Source of the DNA: Eledone cirrhosa
Taxonomy: Eukaryota
Assembly (NCBI GenBank): GCA_964016885.1
Contig: OZ024753.1
Coordinates: forward strand, 31,930,001 to 31,994,000
DNA length: 64,000 bases
Reading direction: 5' to 3'
The notes below the pieces were generated by a model. That model saw only the letters and a list, made by a program, of their open reading frames with translations, made no database searches and was not told the origin of the DNA. This document shows positions 42,675-58,420 of this stretch, piece after piece (position 1 is the stretch's first letter; the number at the start of each line of letters is the position of its first letter). The translations under genes were made by a program, and so were the position numbers.

Positions 42675-43178
42675 CTTAAAAGACACAAAATATAACAATT
42701 TATTGATAGGTTAGTGTAAGGTGAAGGTTTGTTGAGTTTTCATTGAAAACTGAAGAAATATGACATGTTTAGATATTTTGCAGAGGTGTTGGTGTTGGGG
42801 TGGTGGTGGTGATGATGATGATGGTGTAGTGTCAAGTGGTTGTGGTGGAGCTTCTGGTGGTGGCCGTTGTCATAGGTCAGCTTTGATCAAGTAATAGAGC
42901 TTCAATAATAATTGATAATATATATATAGGAAAAGCGTCAGGACCCCGATGGCTGAGCTCCAGCTGTTTCGAGAGTATTAATTGGTGGCTTAGTTCAGAT
43001 CTAGCTGTTGAAACGGCCGGAGCTCAGCTGTCGGGGTCCTGACTCTTTTCCTATTACCCACTCTAGTACCCTAAGTATTGAGTACTCTGGTGCGTTATGG
43101 TCCTCCAGGTATCTTACCAAACCTTCTTTGTTATATATATATCCTCATGATCATTTAACGTCCATCTTCCAAGCTAGC

Positions 43179-43215
<37 letters not shown>

Positions 43216-43486
43216 CTATATGAGCGAGACACGGTCACCCGATCCAACTTGCCTCAAATGGGACGAACCCATCTAACCCATGCTAGCATGGAAGATAGAT
43301 GTTAAACGAAGATGATGATTTATATGGGTAGAAATCTGTAGATAAAATGTCAAGGAAAACAGTGCTCAATCTGTTGCAAGAGAGCTTCTTTAGTATAAAC
43401 AAAGTTTTATACACTTAGCATGAATGTGCTGCCATTGGTTTTGGTATCAAGTTATGGCCACCACTGTAAATTGGATGAGGCACTTT

Positions 43487-43714
43487 TAACCCTTTAGTAT
43501 TTAAACCGGCCATATCTGGTCAGAATTCTCTCACTTCATTCTGTTTAGACTGGCTGTAACTGGCTGCTCATACTTATGTTAAGGTATTGTTCTCAAAATA
43601 AATAATATAAAAGTCTGGTAGATTCAATATTATGTGAGATAGTTATGTGAGGTAAAGTGTTAACCGTGAAAATACAATAGTAAATATAGATTAATGTAAA
43701 TGCTAAAGAGTTAA
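43487..43714 (+). mobile_element. piggyBac-type MITE
   Basis: TTAACCCTTTAG...CTAAAGAGTTAA; homologous to 10550-10775. Confidence 0.8.
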
Positions 43715-43856
43715 ACTGGCCCTTCATTCAGGCACGTGGATAAAGATATCTTTGTCTATAACTGGACCTTGAACCCAATGGTAACACATACATGTTAACT
43801 GTATGAAACTTTTATTTATTCTATATATTGTATATGTGTGTCTGTGTGTATTTGTA

Positions 43857-44170
43857 TATACAAGCTGAAGCATATAGACAGTATGTGCCAGCCTCCCTCT
43901 CACTGTAAAGTGGTTGTGTAGGTGCCATGACAAAAAGCACCCAGTCCACACTGTAAAGTTGCCATGTAGGAGCCACAGTAAAAAAGCATCTAGTACTCAC
44001 TGTAAATGAGGTTGGTGTTAGGAAGGGCATCCAGCTGTTGAAATCAAGCCAAAATCAGTTCCATATGAGCAAGGCATGGTCACCTGATCTGACATTGCTC
44101 ACAACAGGACAACCCATCTAACCCATGCTAGCATGGAAGAAGGGACGTAAAATGGTGATGATGAGGATGA
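43857..44170 (+). mobile_element. SINE family B 3' portion (CpG-decayed)
   Basis: GTTAGGAAGGGCATCCAGCTG and CCCATGCTAGCATGGAAG..(ATG)n tail. Confidence 0.85.
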
Positions 44171-44213
44171 CACACTCAGAGATAAATAGGTCACAGATAC
44201 ACTACAGTGAACC

Positions 44214-47200
44214 ATACCACAATGTGGTACCTACTTACAGTTAGATGGACTGGGTTGTATATACCACAATGTGGTACATACTTACAGTTAGATGGACTGG
44301 GTTCTATATACCACAATGTGGTACCTACTTACAGTTAGATGGACTGGGTTGTATATTCCACAATGTGGTACCTACTTACAGTTAGATGGACTGGGTTGTA
44401 TATTCCACAATGTGGTACCTACTTACAGCTAGATGGACTGGGTTGTATTTACCACAATGTGGTACCTACTTACAGTTAGATGGACTGGGTTGTATATTCC
44501 ACAATGTGGTACCTACTTACAGCTAGATGGACTGGGTTGTATTTACCACAACGTGGTACCTACTTACAGTTAGATGGACTGGGTTGTATATACCACAATG
44601 GGGTACCTACTTACAGCTAGATGGACTGGGTTGTATATACCACAATGTGGTACCTACTTACAGCTAAATGGACTGGGTTGTATATACCACAATGTGGTAC
44701 CTACTTACAGTTAGATGGACTGGGTTCTATATACCACAATGTGGTACCTACTTACAGTTGGATGGACTGGGTTGTATATACCACAATGTGGTACATACTT
44801 ACAGTTAGATGGACCGGGTTCTATATACCACAATGTGGTACCTACTTACAGTTAGATGGACTGGGTTGTATATACCACAATGTGGTACCTACTTACAGCT
44901 AGATGGACTGGGTTGTATATTCCACAATGTGGTACCTACTTACAGTTAGATGGACTGGGTTGTATATACCACAATGTGGTACCTACTTACAGCTAGATGG
45001 ACTGGGTTGTATATTCCACAATGTGGTACCTACTTACAGCTAGATGGACTGGGTTGTATATTCCACAATGTGGTACCTACTTACAGCTAGATGGACTGGG
45101 TTATATATACCACAATGTGGTACATACTTACAGCTAGATGGACTGGGTTGTATATACCACAATGTGGTACCTACTTACAGCTAGATGGACTGGGTTATAT
45201 ATACCACAATGTGGTACCTACTTACAGCTAGATGGACTGGGTTGTATATACCACAATGTGGTACATACTTACAGTTAGATGGACTGGGTTGTATATTCCA
45301 CAATGTGGTACGTACTTACAGCTAAATGGACTGGGTTGTATATACCACAATGTGGTACATACTTACAGTTAGATGGACTGGGTTGTATATACCACAATGT
45401 GGTACCTACTTACAGCTAGATGGACTGGGTTCTATATACCACAATGTGGTACATACTTACAGCTAGATGGACTGGGTTGCATATACCACAATGTGGTACA
45501 TACTTACAGTTATATGGACTGGGTTCTATATACCACAATGTGGTACCTACTTACAGTTAGATGGACTGGGTTGTATATACCACAATGTGGTACATACTTA
45601 CAGTTAGATGGACTGGGTTCTATATACCACAATGTGGTACCTACTTACAGTTAGATGGACTGGGTTGTATATACCACAATGTGGTACCTACTTACAGCTA
45701 GATGGACTGGGTTGTATATTCCACAATGTGGTACCTACTTACAGTTAGATGGACTGCGTTGTATATACCACAATGTGGTACCTACTTACAGCTAGATGGA
45801 CTGGGTTGTATATTCCACAATGTGGTACCTACTTACAGCTAGATGGACTGGGTTGTATATTCCACAATGTGGTACCTACTTACAGCTAGATGGACTGGGT
45901 TGTATATTCCACAATGTGGTACCTACTTACAGCTAGATGGACTGGGTTATATATACCACAATGTGGTACCTACTTACAGCTAGGTGGACTGGGTTGTATA
46001 TACCACAATGTGGTACATACTTACAGTTAGATGGACTGGGTTGTATATTCCACAATGTGGTACCTACTTACAGCTAGATGGACTGGGTTGTATATACCAC
46101 AATGTGGTACATACTTACAGTTAGATGGACTGGGTTGTATATACCACAATGTGGTACCTACTTACAGCTAGATGGACTGGGTTCTATATACCACAATGTG
46201 GTACCTACTTACAGCTAGATGGACTGGGTTGTATATACCACAATGTGGTACATACTTACAGTTAGATGGACTGGGTTCTATATACCACAATGTGGTACCT
46301 ACTTACAGCTAGATGGACTGGGTTGTATATTCCACAATGTGGTACCTACTTACAGCTAGATGGATTGGGTTGTATATTCCACAATGTGGTACCTACTTAC
46401 AGCTAGATGGACTGGGTTGTATATTCCACAAAGTGGTACCTACTTACAGCTAGATGGACTGGGTTGTATATTCCACAATGTGGTACCTACTTACAGCTAG
46501 ATGGACTGGGTTGTATATACCACAATGTGGTACCTACTTACAGTTAGATGGACTGGGTTGTATATTCCACAATGTGGTACCTACTTACAGTTAGATGGAC
46601 TGGGTTGTATATTCCACAATGTGGTACCTACTTACAGTTAGATGGACTTGGTTGTATTTACCACAATGTGGTACCTACTTACAGCTAGATGGACTGGGTT
46701 GTATATACCACAATGTGGTACATACTTACAGCTAGATGGACTGGGTTGTATATACCACAATGTGGTACCTACTTACAGCTAGATGGACTGGGTTGTATAT
46801 ACCACAATGTGGTACCTACTTACAGCTAGATGGACTGGGTTGTATATACCACAATGTGGTACCTACTTACAGCTAGATGGACTGGGTTGTATATACCACA
46901 ATGTGGTACCTACTTACAGTTAGATGGACTGGGTTGTATATACCACAATGTGGTACCTACTTACAGCTAGATGGACTGGGTTGTATATTCCACAATGTGG
47001 TACCTACTTACAGTTAGATGGACTGCGTTGTATATACCACAATGTGGTACCTACTTACAGCTAGATGGACTGGGTTGTATATTCCACAATGTGGTACCTA
47101 CTTACAGCTAGATGGACTGGGTTGTATATTCCACGATGTGGTACCTACTTACAGCTAGATGGACTGGGTTGTATATTCCACAATGTGGTACCTACTTACA

Positions 47201-50200
47201 GCTAGATGGACTGGGTTATATATACCACAATGTGGTACCTACTTACAGCTAGGTGGACTGGGTTGTATATACCACAATGTGGTACATACTTTCAGTTAGA
47301 TGGACTGGGTTGTATATTCCACAATGTGGTACCTACTTACAGCTAGATGGACTGGGTTGTATATACCACAATGTGGTACATACTTACAGTTAGATGGACT
47401 GGGTTGTATATACCACAATGTGGTACCTACTTACAGCTAGATGGACTGGGTTCTATATACCACAATGTGGTACCTACTTACAGCTAGATGGACTGGGTTG
47501 TATATACCACAATGTGGTACATACTTACAGTTAGATGGACTGGGTTCTATATACCACAATGTGGTACCTACTTACAGCTAGATGGACTGGGTTGTATATT
47601 CCACAATGTGGTACCTACTTACAGCTAGATGGACTGGGTTGTATATTCCACAATGTGGTACCTACTTACAGCTAGATGGACTGGGTTGTATATTCCACAA
47701 AGTGGTACCTACTTACAGCTAGATGGACTGGGTTGTATATTCCACAATGTGGTACCTACTTACAGCTAGATGGACTGGGTTGTATATTCCACAATGTGGT
47801 ACCTACTTACAGCTAGATGGACTGGGTTGTATATACCACGATGTGGTAGCTACTTACAGTTAGATGGACTGGGTTGTATATTCCACAATGTGGTACCTAC
47901 TTACAGTTAGATGGACTGGGTTGTATATTCCACAATGTGGTACCTACTTACAGTTAGATGGACTTGGTTGTATTTACCACAATGTGGTACCTACTTACAG
48001 CTAGATGGACTGGGTTGTATATACCACAATGTGGTACATACTTACAGCTAGATGGACTGGGTTGTATATACCACAATGTGGTACCTACTTACAGCTAGAT
48101 GGACTGGGTTCTATATACCACAATGTGGTACCTACTTACAGCTAGATGGACTGGGTTGTATATACCACAATATGGTACATACTTACAGCTAGATGGACTG
48201 GGTTGTATATACCACAATGTGGTACATACTTACAGCTAGATGGACTGGGTTGTATATACCACAATGTGGTACCTACTTACAGCTAGATGGACTGGGTTGT
48301 ATATACCACAATGTGGTACCTACTTACAGCTAAATGGACTGGGTTGTATATACCACAATGTGGTACATACTTACAGCTAGATGGACTGGGTTGTATATTC
48401 CACAATGTGGTACCTACTTACAGCTAGATGGACTGGGTTCTATATTCCACAATGTGGTACCTAGGTACCTACTTACAGCTAGATGGACTGGGTTCTATAT
48501 ACCACAATGTGGTACCTACTTACAGCTAGATGGACTGGGTTGTATATACCACAATGTGGTACCTACTTACAGCTAGATGGACTGGGTTGTATATTCCACA
48601 ATGTGGTACCTACTTACAATTAGATGGACTGGGTTGTATTTACCACAATGTGGTACCTACTTACAGCTAGATGGACTGGGTTGTATATACCACAATGTGG
48701 TACATACTTACAGCTAGATGGACTGGGTTGTATATACCACAATGTGGTACCTACTTACAGCTAGATGGACTGGGTTGTATATACCACAATGTGGTACCTA
48801 CTTACAGTTAGATGGACTGGGTTGTATATACCACAATGTGGTACATACTTACAGCTAGATGGACTGGGTTGTATATACCACAATGTGGTACCTACTTACA
48901 GCTAGATGGACTGGGTTGTATATTCTACAATGTGGTACCTACTTACAGCTAGATGGACTGGGTTGTATATTCCACAATGTGGTACCTACTTACAGCTAGA
49001 TGGACTGGGTTGTATTTACCACAATGTGGTACCTACTTACAGTTAGATGGACTGGGTTGTATATACCACAATGTGGTACCTACTTACAGCTAGATGGACT
49101 GGGTTGTATATTCCACAATGTGGTACCTACTTACAGCTAGATGGACTGGGTTGGATATTCTACAATGTGGTACCTACTTACAGCTAGATGGACTGGGTTG
49201 TATTTACAACAATGTGGTACCTACTTACAGCTAGATGGACTGGGTTGTATATACCACAATGTGGTACATACTTACAGCTAGATGGACTGGGTTGTATATA
49301 CCACAATGTGGTACCTACTTACAGCTAGATGGACTGGGTTGTATATACCACAATGTGGTACATACTTACAGTTAGATGGACTGGGTTGTATATTCCACAA
49401 TGTGGTACCTACTTATAGCTAGATGGACTGGGTTGTATATACCACAATGTGGTACCTACTTACAGCTAAATGGACTGCGTTGTATATACCACAATGTGGT
49501 ACATACTTACAGCTAGATGGACTGGGTTGTATATTCCACAATGTGGTACCTACTTACAGCTAGATGGACTGGGTTCTATATTCCACAATGTGGTACCTAC
49601 TTACAGCTAGATGGACTGGGTTGTATATTCCACAATGTGGTACCTACTTACAGCTAGATGGACTGGGTTCTATATACCACAATGTGGTACCTACTTACAG
49701 CTAGATGGACTGGGTTGTATATACCACAATGTGGTACCTACTTACAGCTAGATGGACTGGGTTGTATATTCCACAATGTGGTACCTACTTACAGCTAGAT
49801 GGACTGGGTTGTATATTCTACAATGTGGTACCTACTTACAGCTAGATGGACTGGGTTGTATTTACCACAATGTGGTACCTACTTACAGCTAGATGGACTG
49901 GGTTGTATATACCACAATGTGGTACATACTTACAGCTAGATGGACTGGGTTGTATATACCACAATGTGGTACCTACTTACAGCTAGATGGACTGGGTTGT
50001 ATATACCACAATGTGGTACATACTTACAGTTAGATGGACTGGGTTGTATATTCCACAATGTGGTACCTACTTACAGCTAGATGGACTGGGTTGTATATAC
50101 CACAATGTGGTACCTACTTACAGCTAAATGGACTGGGTTGTATATACCACAATGTGGTACATACTTACAGCTAGATGGACTGGGTTGTATATTCCACAAT

Positions 50201-50423
50201 GTGGTACCTACTTACAGCTAGAAGGACTGGGTTCTATATTCCACAATGTGGTACCTACTTACAGCTAGATGGATCGGGTTGTATATTCCACAATGTGGTA
50301 CCTACTTACAGCTAGATGGACTGGGTTCTATATACCACAATGTGGTACCTACTTACAGCTAGATGGACTGGGTTGTATATACCACAATGTGGTACCTACT
50401 TACAGCTAGATGGACTGGGTTGT
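44214..50423. repeat. 47-bp minisatellite, ~130 copies, each with a TACCAC-AAT-GTGGTA palindrome and a minus-strand GTAAGT
   Basis: Period 47 measured; rare variants recur at a 1269-bp (27-unit) offset. Confidence 0.97.
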
Positions 50424-50659
50424 TGACATTTATGTGTCTTGATCTCAGATAGAGTTTGGCACTGGTAAACTATACTTGAACTCCACACCCCATCGATGGA
50501 TGGGAAATAACAATCGTGGTAATTGTGGCATTTAGGTCAAGCTGACCAGAGAGAGAGAGAGCGAGAGGTGTAAATATATAAATAGCAGAGAGGGAGTGTG
50601 TCAGTTAGATAATACAACAGATAAAGATGGAAGGGAAGACATAAAGATGGATAGAGTGA

Positions 50660-53500
<2,841 letters not shown>

Positions 53501-54354
53501 AAACGGAAAAAATGAAACTAAATTTCATTTCCCACTCTTAGTACGGCTGTTACTTAAATATAAGTATGCACCCGGCCGATTATCCCACTCGATATGCAAA
53601 TTGGGCTACTCAGCCGTTAATATGCATAAGGTAAGTATATACGTTCAACAATCTGACAGGAAGGTATACGTTGCTGACGATAGATAATAAGCTTGAAACT
53701 AGTACAGCGTTCCTTTGTCAGTGTTGAACAAACGAGCAACGATGGTTGCTGGACACTACGGCTTAATACGGATGTTTGTTTACAAACACACCGAGCATTA
53801 TAATAAATGTTCGGTGAATCCATATGTACATATATATATGTGTGCATGTATTATATATATATACATACTACTGTACGTCTGTATACATATGTGTATGTAC
53901 GTGTACATACTTATATTTAAGTAACAGCCGTACTAAGAGTGGGAAATGAAATTTCGTTTCATTTTTTCCGTTTATCGTTTTCGGTGCACCCAGCCGATTA
54001 ACCCACTCGATATGCAAATTGGGCTACTCAGCCGTTAATATGCAAAGGTAAGTATATACGTTCAACAATCTGGCAGGAAGGTATACGTTGGTGACGATAG
54101 CTAATAAGCTTGAAACTAGTACAGCGTTCCTTTGTCAGTGTTGAACAAACGTGCAACAATGGTTGCTGGACACTACGGCTTAATACGGGATGTTTGTTTA
54201 CAAACCCACCAAGCATTATAGTAAATGTTCGGTGAATCCATACGTACATATATATATGTGTGCATGTATGTATATATATATACATACATGCACACATATA
54301 TATATGTACGTATGGATTCACCGAACATTTATTATAATGCTCGGTGGGTTTGTA

Positions 54355-54360
<6 letters not shown>
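53501..54360 (+). mobile_element. Tandem dimer of a ~417-bp hammerhead-containing unit with inverted terminal fragments (retrozyme/Penelope pLTR-like)
   Basis: Units start at ~53568 and ~53986. Hammerhead motifs at 53643-53729 and 54060-54146. 53501-53568 is the reverse complement of 53905-53973, and 54282-54360 of 54193-54275. Confidence 0.82.
53643..53729 (+). ncRNA. Type-I hammerhead ribozyme motif (copy 1)
   Basis: Stem I ACGTTG/CAGCGT with distal extension GTTCAACA/TGTTGAAC, CTGACGA 53674-53680, GAAAC-TA-GTA (palindrome ACTAGT); predicted cut after A53704. Confidence 0.75.
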
Positions 54361-54408
<48 letters not shown>

Positions 54409-54420
54409 ATATATATATAA

Positions 54421-54481
<61 letters not shown>

Positions 54482-54526
54482 TAGCCGTCGAAACGGCTTG
54501 AGCTCTGCCGTCGGGGTCATATTTTT

Positions 54527-54566
<40 letters not shown>

Positions 54567-54570
54567 CATA

Positions 54571-55300
54571 CGAGGTGTGTCAGAAAAGTTCGAGGGCTGA
54601 TGTCACAATAGATTTATTTCAAACCCAAACTTCACACTAAGAGTTTTCTCCTTCAAAATAAACCCCCTGGAGTATGTAACTGTAATCTTAGCTCTCTGCA
54701 GCGATCAAATGTTTTTCTTCATAATTGTATATACACGTCCTCTGTTACAGGTCGTCAAGCAATGAGCACAGAGCAACGAACAAACTCGAAGTTTCTGGTA
54801 CGGTTGGGGAAAACTACGTCAGATGCACTGGGATTGCTGCAGCAAGTGTATGGAGATGAGATGATGTCACGCTCACGTGTTTTTGAGTGGTGCAAGATGA
54901 CCCCAGGAGCGGAAGGCCCTCAACAACCAGGACTGAGGTCAACGTTGAGCGCGTCAGGCAGATGGTGCGTAGCGATCGTCGGCTGACTGTTCGACTGATG
55001 GCAAATGAGCTGGGCATGAATCGGGACAGCGTCTGGAAGATTCTAACTGAAGATTTGGACATGCGGAAATTCTGCGCGAAGATGGTGCCAAAACTGCTGA
55101 ACGATGACTAGAAGGGTCGACGCATGCAAGTGTGCCAGGACATCCTCGAGCGTCTTGAAACCGAACCAGACTTGCTAGGGACTGTCATCATCGGTGATGA
55201 GTCATGGATCTTCGAGTACGACCCGGAGGGGACCCGTTTTGAAGACGTGGACGACATCAAAAAGGCCGTGACGACGGAACGGCGGAGGATCCCGGAAGAA
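54571..55300 (+). mobile_element. Mariner transposon fossil (left TIR plus frameshifted, internally deleted transposase)
   Basis: TA|CGAGGTGTGTCAGAAAAGTTC terminus; peptides EQRTNSKF..VYGD..SRSRVFEW, DDPRSGRP, MVPKLL, IIGDESWIFEYDPE, GTRFEDVDDIK. Confidence 0.93.
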
Positions 55301-55475
55301 TATATATAAATTATATATATATATATATATAAATATATATATCCAAAATTAAGATAAATCAAATGAATTTAATCTAAATCAAAATTATGGGTGTCATGCC
55401 AGAGAGACATGCGCCATTGTAAAAATTATCTCCTGTGATTATTCATGTTTATTTATATGTTAATCAATTTCTAGT

Positions 55476-55518
<43 letters not shown>

Positions 55519-55954
55519 TATATATATAGACCGAAACGTTAAGACCCTCTTCCTGCTATATCAAGCGTTAACCTAATATATCCCTTCCATATACTGTACC
55601 GATTGTGTTGTTTATTTCTGTTTACCTTTTACATACATATATATATTCAAAAGAAGAATAGAAAAACAACAAAAACACGATCAGTCTCATCTCCTGAGTC
55701 AACCTCTGTAAATCATTGCTGTTTTGGTTGATTAACGCTAATATTGTTCACACCAGTGCACGTTAAAGAGTAATAAAACAAGTAGAGACAAAGATACGCC
55801 TTCCGGCAAATGACACAAATATAGATGAAAATCTATTCAAAGTGCGTCAACTGAACAAGAAGGAAGAAAAGAGGACGCGAGGATTTAGCCAACGCAGAGA
55901 AAAATATAGAAGAGACATAGAAAAACAGATAATAATGATTTCTTTATTAATAAT

Positions 55955-56559
55955 AATTGTTTCTACTTTAGGCACAAGGCCAGCAAATTATCCAGTGTAT
56001 TACTGGTACTTTATTTTATCGACCCCGTAAAGATGAAAGGCAAAGTTAACCTTGGCGGGATTTGAACTCAGAATGGCAAGAGCCGTAACTCTATGCGTCA
56101 AAGCATGGCGTCCGACCCTCTACCAATACTGTCAATCCACCGCCTATAATTATTTCTATTTTAGGCACAAGGCCAGAAATTACCCAGTACATTACTGGTA
56201 CTTTATTTTATCGACCGCGTAAGGATGAAAGGCGAAGTTAACCTCGGCGGGATTTGAACTCAGACTGTAAAGGGACTTAACTCTTTTATTAATAATAATT
56301 GTTTCTACTTTAGGCACAAGGCCAGCAATTAACCAGTGCATTACTGGTACTTTATTTTATCGACCGCGTAAGGATGAAAGGCGAAGTAAACCTCGGCGGG
56401 ATTTGAACTCAGAATGGCAAGGGCCGTAACTCTATGGGTCAAAGCATGGCGTCCGACCCTCTACCGATACTGCCAATCCACATAATAATGATTTCTTTCA
56501 GATAATAATTGTTTCTACTTTAGGCACAAGGCCAGCAAATACCCAGTGCATTACTGGTA
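55955..56559 (-). mobile_element. Head-to-tail cluster of four SINE family A copies
   Basis: Repeated TTGTTTCTACTTTAGGCACAAGGCCAG...GGATTTGAACTCAG. Confidence 0.9.
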
Positions 56560-56571
56560 GATAATAATGAT

Positions 56572-56758
56572 ACTTCGGGAGGGTCATGCTGTCAATAAAA
56601 ACAGACGCACCTGTTGGTTTTCACTTCAATTTATTATAAGTTTCCGGTTGGTTGGTTGGTTCGATAATCGGAAGGTTGTTTATTCTGTGACCTCCTTTGT
56701 TCTGTCCTACGCCATCTTGTTTTTGTGTGTTGTGTGCTTAGTTTGCTCATGCATTACA

Positions 56759-56794
<36 letters not shown>

Positions 56795-57047
56795 TTTCTT
56801 TCTTTATGTGTTTATTTACTTGTCACGAGTTGGTTGTTTGTTCTATCCGGGTGTGTCTAATTTGTTTTGTTAGTTTGGTTCTTGTGTGTCTCTGTATGTC
56901 TTCATTTTGTCCTTAATTACTAGTTGTGATGTTGCTATTCCACTCATGTTTTCTGTTTAATTTTGGTTGGAGTTCGTTTATAATAAATTGAAGTGAAAAT
57001 CAACAGGTGCGTGTGTTTTTATTGGCAGCATGACCCTCCCAAAGTAT
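56572..57047. mobile_element. Element with ~68-bp terminal inverted repeats
   Basis: 56572-56639 is the reverse complement of 56978-57047. Confidence 0.75.
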
Positions 57048-57148
57048 AACAATATCTGTTTCAACACATGTTTTTAGATAAGAAATCTCGCAAATTCAAA
57101 AACGAATTATATATATATAAAGGATTTTCGCTCTACATGGCTGAATAC

Positions 57149-57323
57149 AATAAATGTTATCTGAGTTTTTCGAATATTAATAATAATATTCGATTCGTTT
57201 GCAATTATGCAATTATGAGGGGCTCATTCTACTGACATGGCTTTAAAAATGTGTCTTGTTTGCATAATTGCAAACGAATCGAATATTATTATTAATATTC
57301 GAAAAACTCAGATTACATTTATT
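57149..57323. repeat. AT-rich foldback (~64-bp arms)
   Basis: 57149-57212 is the reverse complement of 57260-57323. Confidence 0.85.
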
Positions 57324-58169
57324 ATATATATAAAAAATATATATGGATAATAGGAAGGTTGTGTAGTTGCTAGTTAAGGTAGGCTTAAAAATAAGAATAA
57401 GAAGAAAGCAAGAAGGGGGGTGGGGACCTCGTCAGTTGTCTACTGGGGGTCTCGGACATTCGTAAGAAAATATCAGGAAAATCCTGATATGTGTGCGCGT
57501 GTATAGAACAATGAAAATAAAACGAAGTCCTTAATTAGTTCATTGTCTTACGATCGTTTCAGAGGGTTGATTGATCATAATAAGTTGATATATCGGTAGA
57601 AGGTAGTGGTAGTGGTTGTGTCTCTACCTATTTCTAGTCTCGAAATACATTCACACATATCTAAATGAAGCTGTAAATTGAGCGGAATCTCCGAGGGAAC
57701 GTTCTGCGATGATGACCTACTGAAATTTCGCCGAAACCATCTCTTCAAGGCCGCATTGAGTTCTAACAACGTTATCGGCCCCACCATAAACACTATAAAC
57801 AGGTGGAAAACAGTATATATATGTATGTGTGTGTGCTTATATATAGCCTCACGTGACTATCGTTGCTATAAAGAGCACAATACCTTCTCCTAGTTGTCAC
57901 ATAAAATTCTATATGTACCTATTATGGCTTAAGATTTTGTTTGTCTTGTCATTTACTCCGCGGACAACGTTTTGGCTTGTGTAGACCAGTAGTACCATTG
58001 GTAGAGTTCGAAACTGCGAAAGTCCATCTCAACGGCTGAAGACCTTGGAATTCTGTGTCTTTCGTTTTTATTTTTATTTTTAAAAAACATTTTTAAAGGT
58101 TTCCCTTTAAATTTTGTGTTCTCGTTCTGGTTTGTTTTCGTTCGTTGACTTCTCTTTTTCTCATTTTAT

Positions 58170-58420
58170 AGTGGTAAGGGTGTTGGACTTACAATCATAA
58201 TATCGTGGGTAGGTTGTGTGTTGTGTTCTTGAGCAAAACACTTCATTTCACATTGCTTCATTATACTCAGCTGAAACAGAGTACCAGCAACAGCTGGGGG
58301 TTTAACCCTGCGATGGACTGGTGTTTTTGCACAGGGGGATGTCTTGTATTCTCAGTCGCTCGCTTCACGCCACGCAACCGGTATAACCACAGCCCTGACA
58401 AACCACCTGGCTTGAGAAAA
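58170..58420 (+). mobile_element. tRNA/CORE-like SINE with a different 3' tail
   Basis: TAGTGGTAAGGGTGTTGGAC..TTCTTGAGCAAAACACTTCATTTCACATTGCT. Confidence 0.65.

Noticed and set aside
44214-50423. CRISPR-like appearance of palindrome-containing arrays (also 1-2120)
   Set aside because: No unique spacers, no cas genes, eukaryotic context.
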